From contig CALUQQ010000055.1 of the NCBI GenBank assembly GCA_944322955.1, forward strand, positions 1 through 50,793: 50,793 nt of DNA, written 5' to 3'. The translations under genes and the position numbers were made by a program. Each line of letters opens with the position of its first letter. Position 1 is the first letter of the stretch. This document shows, piece after piece, positions 28,778 through 36,086 of this stretch. The notes beneath the pieces are model-generated. The model ran no database searches. It was not told the origin of the DNA and worked only from the letters and a program-made list of their open reading frames with translations. The DNA comes from Candidatus Gastranaerophilales bacterium (GTDB lineage: Bacteria > Cyanobacteriota > Vampirovibrionia > Gastranaerophilales > Gastranaerophilaceae).

Positions 28778-29521
28778 TTATAATCTTGATCTGCCGTAAA
28801 GCCATGTAATATAATAACATTTCCCTGAAGGGCACCAGCGCTCTTTTATCGTGATATCATGATTCATGCTTGGTTTTACCATATCCGGCACAGAATCCGA
28901 ATACGGTGACGAATTGTTTGCTGACATTGCAAACCCGAATCTGTCTTTTCCGAGTTGATTCGGACCTTTAAAACCGTTAGTATCGACTAAAAATACCGGT
29001 TCATTACTTGAATACATCTTCCAATTGCGGCCTTGAGCGTCAATAAACGAATATTCCCCCTGACATACGATTGTACCTTTAAAATTTTCGTCAACATGAG
29101 TAATATATGCCTGCTCAGCGTCTTTGCATTTCCAGCAGATGTCACCGTATTCTCTATCAAAACACGTTTTGGTTGCTTTAAAATATTTTGCCAGGATTTT
29201 AAAGTTTTCAGCATAATTAGGGGAATAACCAGGCTTTGGATTACCTTCTTCATCATTTATAAAAACAATTTTTTGCAAAGAAGTTCCGTCGGCCAACAGC
29301 ATCTTGAATGCCTGATTTACGTCGCTGAATGCTGCTTTATAGGCGTTTTTATAGACAAAATCCTGCATATTTGATATCAAAGTCGGAATTGTCATGGCTG
29401 CCACAACACCGATTATGCCAAGAGTAATTAAGACTTCGGCAAGAGTAAAAGCTGCTTTTTTTGAAGTAAATAAGGTAGTAGGGGAATAATGGAATAAGTG
29501 TTTTCTGTGTGCATCGCACAA
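28778..29521 (-). CDS. Prepilin-type N-terminal cleavage/methylation protein
   Basis: ...TSKKAA/FTLAEVLITLGIIGVVAAMTIPTL and DTNGFKGPN motif. The only in-frame start is the TTG at 29521, 8 nt after GAGGGG. Confidence 0.75.
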   Translation of the reverse strand: MCDAHRKHLFHYSPTTLFTSKKAAFTLAEVLITLGIIGVVAAMTIPTLISNMQDFVYKNAYKAAFSDVNQAFKMLLADGTSLQKIVFINDEEGNPKPGYSPNYAENFKILAKYFKATKTCFDREYGDICWKCKDAEQAYITHVDENFKGTIVCQGEYSFIDAQGRNWKMYSSNEPVFLVDTNGFKGPNQLGKDRFGFAMSANNSSPYSDSVPDMVKPSMNHDITIKERWCPSGKCYYITWLYGRSRL

Positions 29522-29602
29522 GGGGCTTACCCCTCACCTTGAGGGCGGGGGTTGAATTTCAACACCAGCTTGCGAGTGTTTGAAATTCGGGGACGGGGTC
29601 GC
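29521..29602. repeat. REP/MITE-like double-hairpin module (copy 1)
   Basis: GAATTTCAACAC-10 nt-GTGTTTGAAATTC (29554-29588) flanked by G/C-rich short hairpins. Homologous to 40544-40609 in the opposite orientation relative to the neighbouring repeat. Confidence 0.7.
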
Positions 29603-29685
29603 ATTTTTTGAGATCCTTCGGCTATCGCCTCAGGATGACAAGACAAATTCCTCCAATGCCCAGTGCGTTGTCCCGACTTTTGCAG

Positions 29686-29803
29686 TTTACTAACCCGACT
29701 GTTACTTCTTAGTGCCTTAGTGCCATAGTATCTTAGTATCTTTTTCCAATAGATACCTTCGAAACTTCCTCTACGAGCGGTTAAAAGGGTCGCCCCCCCC
29801 CGA
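29686..29803 (-). repeat. Copy B of the dispersed cassette (8-nt units 29703-29742; conserved box 29771-29803 with G9 at 29793-29801)
   Basis: Aligned by eye with 24-141. Confidence 0.8.
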
Positions 29804-29828
29804 GATCCATACTAATCATATCTGCCAT
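29781..29828 (-). CDS. Short ORF MADMISMDLGGGRPF* containing a G9 tract; G10 gives a 102-codon frame ending 5 nt before the pilin TTG
   Basis: AGGAGG (29840-29835) lies 6 nt before the ATG at 29828, which starts 2 nt after the obg stop. Internal promoter at 29847-29874. Confidence 0.4.
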   Translation of the reverse strand: MADMISMDLGGGRPF

Positions 29829-29830
29829 TT

Positions 29831-31120
29831 CTACCCTCCTGAATACATTTTATCATCAAAATATTCCATTTCAAGGTGACCTATGACGATTGTGTCGCCG
29901 TCTTTTACACCTTGTTTTTTCAGCTCCTCAAATACACCCATGCCGGTAAGAATATTTTGCAGCCTAATAATCTGTTCGGTATTTCTTGCATCCGTAACCG
30001 CCGCGAGCCGTCTTATTTTGCCGCCGTCCACAATGTATGTGTCTTTTGCAGTTTTATAAATTTCAAAAGCACTATCGTCATTATTATAAGCAGCAAAATC
30101 TTCTTCCACAACAATATCTGATACGTGATGCTCAATCTCATCCACTTTAACCGCCATAAAATCAAGCAGTTTATCAAGATTTTCGCCTGTTACGGCAGAA
30201 ATAAGGAAAACGTCCTTTGCGGCTTTTTTAAACTCAGCCGACAATTCATCCTGTATTGCTTTATCAACCGCGTCAATTTTATTCAAAACAACAATTTGAT
30301 ATAGATTAGCAAGCTTTTCGGAATGTTTTTCAAGCTCTGAAATAATTATTTCATAATTTCTAAAAGGGTTGTCTGCCGTAATATCAACAAGATGGACAAG
30401 AAAACGGCAGCGTTCAATATGACGCAAAAATTCATGCCCCAGCCCGACACCTTCAGACGCACCTTCAATCAAACCCGGAATATCTGCAACCACATAACCG
30501 TCACCCGAGCGTTTTTTCACCACGCCCAGATTAGGAATTAATGTAGTGAAAGGATAATCGGCGATTTTGGGTTTGGCGGAAGAAATTCTGCTTATAAGTG
30601 TTGATTTTCCTGCATTCGGCATACCTAAAAGCCCGACATCCGCAATTAATTTCAATTCGAGCTCAAGTTCGCGTTCAATGCCCGGTTCTCCCGGTTCACA
30701 AAACTGCGGGGCACGTTTTTGAGCGGTTGCGAATCTTGCATTTCCCCTGCCGCCTCTGCCGCCTTTGGCAACAAGAACTTTTTGTTCGTGTTCTGTTAAA
30801 TCAGCAATGGCCTTACCGGTTTTCAAATCTCTGACAACCGTTCCCACAGGAACTTTTATCACTAAATCTTTAGCACATTTGCCATGCATATTTTTAATAC
30901 TGCCGTTTTCGCCGTTTTCTGCTTTAAATACAGATTTATATTTAAAATCCATCAACGTTGACATATTTTCGTCCGCAATCAAATAGACATCACCGCCGGA
31001 ACCGCCGTCCCCGCCTGCCGGGCCGCCTTTATCTACATATTTTTCGCGACGCCAGGCAACCATACCGTTTCCGCCTCGTCCTGAAATAATTTTTATTCCG
31101 GTTTTGTCTAAAAATTGCAT
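29831..31120 (-). CDS. obg: GTPase Obg/CgtA
   Basis: MQFLDKTGIKIISGRGGNG N-terminus, GMPNAGKST, DIPGLIEGA, NKID. Confidence 0.96.
   Translation of the reverse strand: MQFLDKTGIKIISGRGGNGMVAWRREKYVDKGGPAGGDGGSGGDVYLIADENMSTLMDFKYKSVFKAENGENGSIKNMHGKCAKDLVIKVPVGTVVRDLKTGKAIADLTEHEQKVLVAKGGRGGRGNARFATAQKRAPQFCEPGEPGIERELELELKLIADVGLLGMPNAGKSTLISRISSAKPKIADYPFTTLIPNLGVVKKRSGDGYVVADIPGLIEGASEGVGLGHEFLRHIERCRFLVHLVDITADNPFRNYEIIISELEKHSEKLANLYQIVVLNKIDAVDKAIQDELSAEFKKAAKDVFLISAVTGENLDKLLDFMAVKVDEIEHHVSDIVVEEDFAAYNNDDSAFEIYKTAKDTYIVDGGKIRRLAAVTDARNTEQIIRLQNILTGMGVFEELKKQGVKDGDTIVIGHLEMEYFDDKMYSGG
29847..29874 (-). promoter_or_regulatory. Promoter TTGAAA-16-TAAAAT embedded in the obg 3' end
   Basis: Read directly from the minus strand. 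Confidence 0.5.
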
Positions 31121-31150
31121 TTATTTTCCTCTTTGTATTACAATAATACT

Positions 31151-32191
31151 ATGAAAATGATAAAAAATACATTACTTACGGAAAAACCGGTAATAATAGG
31201 ACCTGAAAGCGGTTATGACAATTATATTATGGCGATAGAATCAAGCTGTGATGAAACAGCGTGCGCAATCGTAAAAAACGGCCGTGAAGTTATATCAAAC
31301 GTTGTGGCATCCCAGATTAAGACCCACGAAAAATACGGCGGTGTAATTCCTGAAATTGCTGCACGTGAACATTTGGAATCCATAAATGTGGTAATAGAAG
31401 AATCTTTTAAGCAGGCGAATATAAAACCGGAAGATATAACGGCCTTTGCAGGAACCGTCGGACCGGGCCTTGTGGGATGCCTTTTAGTAGGTTTGAATGC
31501 AGCAAAAGCGCTTGCGCTTGTGTATGATAAACCTTTTATCGGGGTAAACCATTTGAACGCGCACCTGTGCGGAAATTATATTGATACAGATCTCAAACCG
31601 CCTTATATCGCGCTTTTAATAAGCGGAGGACATACACAAATTATTGATGTAAAATCATATTCCGAACAAAAAATTATCGGTGAAACTATAGACGACGCAG
31701 TCGGAGAAGCTTATGACAAAGTTGCACGGCTCATAGGTCTGCCGTATCCGGGAGGACCTGTTTTGGATAAACTTGCAAAAGAAGGCAACCCGCACGCTTT
31801 TAAACTTCCGGAAGCAAAAGTTGACGGTTATAATTTCAGCTTCAGCGGGTTAAAAACAGCTGTATTAAGACTTGTTAAATCTTTTGACGGGCAGGAACTC
31901 CCTGTAAACGACATCTGCGCAAGTTTTCAGGAATGCGTTTCATCAACATTATTCAAAAAGGTTAAAAAAGCACTTGAAGAAAACGGTTACAAACAGGTTG
32001 TAATCGCGGGCGGAGTCGCTGCTAATTCTGAAATCAGAAGAAAAATATTCTCACTTGAAGAAGAAGGCTACAGAGTTAACGCTCCTTTAATGAAATACTG
32101 CACGGATAACGCAGCAATGGTTGCCTCATGCGCATACTTTAACACAAACACGTTTGACGATATTGACGTTGAAGTTTTTTCAAGAGCGTAA
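31151..32191 (+). CDS. tsaD: tRNA N6-adenosine threonylcarbamoyltransferase TsaD
   Basis: IESSCDETACAIV, GVNHLNAH and GGVAAN motifs. The ATG at 31151 is preceded by TACAAT at 6 nt; the ATG at 31229 is an alternative. Confidence 0.9.
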   Translation: MKMIKNTLLTEKPVIIGPESGYDNYIMAIESSCDETACAIVKNGREVISNVVASQIKTHEKYGGVIPEIAAREHLESINVVIEESFKQANIKPEDITAFAGTVGPGLVGCLLVGLNAAKALALVYDKPFIGVNHLNAHLCGNYIDTDLKPPYIALLISGGHTQIIDVKSYSEQKIIGETIDDAVGEAYDKVARLIGLPYPGGPVLDKLAKEGNPHAFKLPEAKVDGYNFSFSGLKTAVLRLVKSFDGQELPVNDICASFQECVSSTLFKKVKKALEENGYKQVVIAGGVAANSEIRRKIFSLEEEGYRVNAPLMKYCTDNAAMVASCAYFNTNTFDDIDVEVFSRA

Positions 32192-32548
32192 ATCTTTAAC
32201 AAAATTTGCGAGCTTATTTAAAATTTCGGATCTGCTGTCAAAAACATTCGTTTTAAATAATGTTTTTTCAACAGGTATATAAACCGCATCGCCTGTATTG
32301 TTTTTTACAGCATATTCAGGAACTGACGAAACATGCTTGTATTCAGATGTTTTCACCTGCATTTCAGCCATAGACGCTATTTTTTTATTTTTAGACGGTA
32401 CAAAATTCAAATAAAGATTATTTTTCTTGGCAAATTCTTCTACCTGCGGCATGTTGGCAAGGTAATGCTTTGAGTAAGACGTAAGTCTACGTGAAATTTT
32501 TACGTTTGATAACCCGAATGCATATTTAATGGAATGAACAAAAGGCAT
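32180..32548 (-). CDS. Hypothetical protein (122 aa)
   Basis: AAGGAGA SD before the ATG; no recognisable motif. Confidence 0.5.
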   Translation of the reverse strand: MPFVHSIKYAFGLSNVKISRRLTSYSKHYLANMPQVEEFAKKNNLYLNFVPSKNKKIASMAEMQVKTSEYKHVSSVPEYAVKNNTGDAVYIPVEKTLFKTNVFDSRSEILNKLANFVKDLRS

Positions 32549-32614
32549 AATATTTTCTCCTTAGCTTTAGGATATCCCTAAATATATATTTTGTCTAACA
32601 ACACACAATTATTT

Positions 32615-33589
32615 TTACAAAACTTTATGAAATAATTTTGAGTCAGTTAAAGAAAAAATTTCGTCAGCAATAATTTTTTCAAATTGAATATTAAACGCGT
32701 TATTAATTTCCCTTATAAAATAGCAGGGACTTGTAACGTTAACCTCAAGAATTTTACCATCCACAACGTCAAGACCAGCCATATAAATTCCGCGTTTATT
32801 AAGCTCACGCGCAAGACAAGTAAATTTTTCTTTTTCAGAAACTGACAGCACGTCTTTTTTTAGACAATCGTCCTTATGCTCATTGAATTTGAAATCGTTG
32901 TTGCTCGGAAGTTTTCTCACACAATAATCATATACCGTATCGCCGATTATCAAAACTCTCTTGTCACCGAATACGGCAGACGGGAGATATTTTTGCACCA
33001 TAACCGTATTTGTGCCGTTATTTGTTACGGAATTTATAATAACAGATGTATTTTTATCGCCGTCTTTCAAATACATTACGCCGGAGCCAAAGCATTTGTT
33101 CAAAGGCTTCAAAATAATTTCGTTATTTTCAGCCAGAAATTCAAGTATTTCAGCCCGCGACGCCGTCACAATATTTTTCGGCATCAAATCATTAAACAAA
33201 ACTGCATGAAGTTTTTCGTTAAAGTCACGGATTGCCTTTGTATCGTTTAGAATAAATGTTTTTTCTCTGTCGACAAAATCCAAAATATATGTGGCATTAA
33301 TATAATCCAAATCAACCGGCGGATCAGGTCTGAACATTACAAGCTGAAAATCCTCAATTTTTCTGGTATATTCTTTTGTTTTGTCAAAAAATATATTTCT
33401 GTCTTTTTCGTAAGAATCAAAGCCAGAGGCGTAAGGAATACCGGATTTCAAGGATAATTTATCAATAGTCGTGATAAAAACCTCATTTCCGCGTAACAAA
33501 AATTCTTTTATCAACCAAAAATCAGTTACCAAATCATTGAACTCAAAATACTTAAGTTCAACTCTGTCTATAACAAATAAAATATTCAT
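32615..33589 (-). CDS. ATP-grasp protein, glutathione-synthase-like
   Basis: Size and GshB-like N-terminal layout; LKPLN..GSG, KRVLIIG, GLDVV..KILEVNVTSP. Confidence 0.6.
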   Translation of the reverse strand: MNILFVIDRVELKYFEFNDLVTDFWLIKEFLLRGNEVFITTIDKLSLKSGIPYASGFDSYEKDRNIFFDKTKEYTRKIEDFQLVMFRPDPPVDLDYINATYILDFVDREKTFILNDTKAIRDFNEKLHAVLFNDLMPKNIVTASRAEILEFLAENNEIILKPLNKCFGSGVMYLKDGDKNTSVIINSVTNNGTNTVMVQKYLPSAVFGDKRVLIIGDTVYDYCVRKLPSNNDFKFNEHKDDCLKKDVLSVSEKEKFTCLARELNKRGIYMAGLDVVDGKILEVNVTSPCYFIREINNAFNIQFEKIIADEIFSLTDSKLFHKVL

Positions 33590-33605
33590 AATGCCTCACT
33601 TAATA

Positions 33606-34268
33606 CTATATTTTTTCAGGATCTAAAACACCTACTGAGGTATTGTTCATATTGACAAGTTTGATAAACCTTTCAACATCAGCTTCAATTTCCGGGAATG
33701 TACCATAGTGCATCGGGATAACCGTCTTAACCCCAAGCCATTTAGCCGCAATCGCAGCGTGTTCAACATCCATTGTATAATTTCCGCCGATAGGAAGCAT
33801 CGCAATTTGAGGGGCATATAGTTCTTTAATAGTTTTCATCTCGCCGTTCAAACAAGTATCACCGGCATGATAAATTCTTGCGCCTGCGACATCCAGAAAT
33901 ATGCTTGCGGGACATCCGCCGTAACGTCCATCAGGAAGCGAACTTGAATGAAATGCAGGCAAAAATATCGCACGACCCCAGCTGTATTGAAGCCAGCAGC
34001 CTAATGATATAGATTTTGCCTTTGCGCCCTGTTCTCTGCAATATGCCGCAAGCTCCGGCACTGCCGTAATTTCTATATCCAAATCTTTTGCAATCTCAAT
34101 GGCCTGGCCCAAATGATCTCCATGCGCATGGGTTAACAAAATATCTCTAACCGGTTCTTTTTTCCAGTCGTACTTTGAATTTTGCTTAACCATAGGATCA
34201 ATAAGTACAGCATTTTCACCGTTTGTAATCTGAAACGCACTGTGACCAATGTATTTGATATCTACCAT
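33606..34268 (-). CDS. UPF0173-type metallo-beta-lactamase-fold hydrolase
   Basis: IKYIGHSAF...THAHGDH...; 220 aa. Confidence 0.85.
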   Translation of the reverse strand: MVDIKYIGHSAFQITNGENAVLIDPMVKQNSKYDWKKEPVRDILLTHAHGDHLGQAIEIAKDLDIEITAVPELAAYCREQGAKAKSISLGCWLQYSWGRAIFLPAFHSSSLPDGRYGGCPASIFLDVAGARIYHAGDTCLNGEMKTIKELYAPQIAMLPIGGNYTMDVEHAAIAAKWLGVKTVIPMHYGTFPEIEADVERFIKLVNMNNTSVGVLDPEKI

Positions 34269-34325
34269 AATAATACTCCTTTACATTTTCTTTAAATTTA
34301 CCACATTTTACGATAAAATACAATT

Positions 34326-35360
34326 ATGCAACAAAAATATATGGAAAAATGTATAGAACTTGCGAAGCAGGCAGAAGGAAAAACTTCACCAAATCCGCTT
34401 GTGGGATGTGTTATAACCGACGAATTCGATAATATAATCGCAACCGGATATCACAAAAAATACGGAGAAAACCACGCAGAGCGCGACGCGCTTTTGAAAA
34501 TAAATAAAGGGGACGGCGACACACTTTATGTAAACCTTGAACCCTGTTCACATTTCGGCAAAACTCCCCCCTGCACGGATATTATTATCGAAAAAGGCAT
34601 AAAACACGTTGTTATAGGAATGCTTGACCCAAACCCTGTTGTAAACGGAATTGATAAACTTAAAAATGCTGGTATTGACGTTATAGCCGGAGTTTTGGAA
34701 GATGAATGCAAAAAACTTAATGAAATTTTCATAAAAAACATAAACGATAAAAAAACTTTTGTTGCCATAAAAACCGCCACAACTCTTGACGGTAAAATAG
34801 CAACATCTGCAGGTTCTTCCAAATGGATTACGTCTGAAAATGCACGGGAAGAAGTGTATAAAATCCGCAGACGCTACGATGCAATTATGACAAGCTCAAC
34901 AACGGTTATTGCCGATAATCCCAAAATGGAACACAGAAAAAAAATTATTCTTGACCGGGAACTAAAAACAGACTTAAATTCTCAAATATATAAACAGGGC
35001 AATATCTACGTTTTTAACGAAAAAGAAGACGGCACTACAGGGGACATAAATTTTATAAAAACACCGGTCAAAGACGGCAAAATCAGTCTTGAATTTGTAT
35101 TTAAAAAACTGTATGAACTCGGGATAATGAGTGTTCTAATCGAATGCGGAGGCAAGCTCAACGGCAAAGCACTCAAATATGCCGATAAAATCTACCAATT
35201 TATCGCCCCGAAAATAACCGGCGACAACAGTGCAAAATCATGCTTTGACTACAGAAAAATTTCTAAAATCTCAGAATGCACAAACTATAAAATCGACAGC
35301 GTTAAATTTTTCGACCCCGATATCTTACTAACCTGCTATCCGATAGATAAAAATACATAA
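34326..35360 (+). CDS. ribD: Bifunctional riboflavin biosynthesis deaminase/reductase RibD
   Basis: SPNPLVGCVI, HAERDAL, LEPCSHFGKTPPC deaminase motifs plus a reductase C-terminus. Confidence 0.93.
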   Translation: MQQKYMEKCIELAKQAEGKTSPNPLVGCVITDEFDNIIATGYHKKYGENHAERDALLKINKGDGDTLYVNLEPCSHFGKTPPCTDIIIEKGIKHVVIGMLDPNPVVNGIDKLKNAGIDVIAGVLEDECKKLNEIFIKNINDKKTFVAIKTATTLDGKIATSAGSSKWITSENAREEVYKIRRRYDAIMTSSTTVIADNPKMEHRKKIILDRELKTDLNSQIYKQGNIYVFNEKEDGTTGDINFIKTPVKDGKISLEFVFKKLYELGIMSVLIECGGKLNGKALKYADKIYQFIAPKITGDNSAKSCFDYRKISKISECTNYKIDSVKFFDPDILLTCYPIDKNT

Positions 35361-35378
35361 AGCTGCCATAATACTTTT

Positions 35379-36086
35379 ATGAAAATTATCCCGTCATACA
35401 AAGGGCTTTTTGACACAAAAGAATCGCTTCACAACCTTTTTAAACTATACAAAAAAACTGACAGTACGCTTGATTCGAAACTTATTATAGTCCCGCACGC
35501 AGCATACGAATACATAGCGGATATAACATTCAGTGCATACGGTACAATTAATCCTGATGTTAAAAATATTAAAGTGATTGCACCCGCTGTATACAATAAA
35601 ATTTACGGTGCCGTAACCTGTAATGCAAGCTATTTTGAAACGCCATTTGGTAATTTAAAAATTAAGGCAGCAAATTTGGATGTTAATAATGAAATTTTCA
35701 AGACCGAAACCACTCTAACATGCCAGTTGCCGATTATCAAATATCTTTTTCCTGAGGCATCCATAACACCGGTTATTTACGGCTGCGAAGATTACAAATC
35801 AATTTTGATAGGCCCCGAACCTGCTGTAATTGTTACGAATTTAAGCAGATATGTGCCTGAAAGAGAGAATATCAAACTGGATGAACAAACTTCCCGAATG
35901 ATTGAGAGGAAACAAATTCAAGATTTAGACATAGAACTTGCAGACGGAGCAGTAGGAATTTGCGCAGGAATAGAATTTGCAAAACAAAACAATCTTGAAT
36001 TTATCCGTACAGGACATACAAATTCAGCAAAAACAAACAAAGATAATTCCAATGTAGTAGGCTACGGCGGATGGTATTTAATCTAA
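35379..36086 (+). CDS. MEMO1/AmmeMemoRadiSam system protein B family
   Basis: IVPHAAYEY... motif; 235 aa, rather short for the family. Confidence 0.6.
   Translation: MKIIPSYKGLFDTKESLHNLFKLYKKTDSTLDSKLIIVPHAAYEYIADITFSAYGTINPDVKNIKVIAPAVYNKIYGAVTCNASYFETPFGNLKIKAANLDVNNEIFKTETTLTCQLPIIKYLFPEASITPVIYGCEDYKSILIGPEPAVIVTNLSRYVPERENIKLDEQTSRMIERKQIQDLDIELADGAVGICAGIEFAKQNNLEFIRTGHTNSAKTNKDNSNVVGYGGWYLI

Noticed and set aside
29541-29598. G-quadruplex upstream of the pilin gene (GGG-c-GGGGG ... GGGG-ac-GGGG on the + strand), by analogy with Neisseria pilE
   Set aside because: The central loop is about 35 nt and forms its own hairpin. The homologous module at 40544-40609 lacks two of the four G runs.
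34269-34325. FMN riboswitch upstream of ribD (and of ribF at 42887-42988)
   Set aside because: The spacers are too short (57 and about 100 nt) and lack the conserved FMN aptamer stems.
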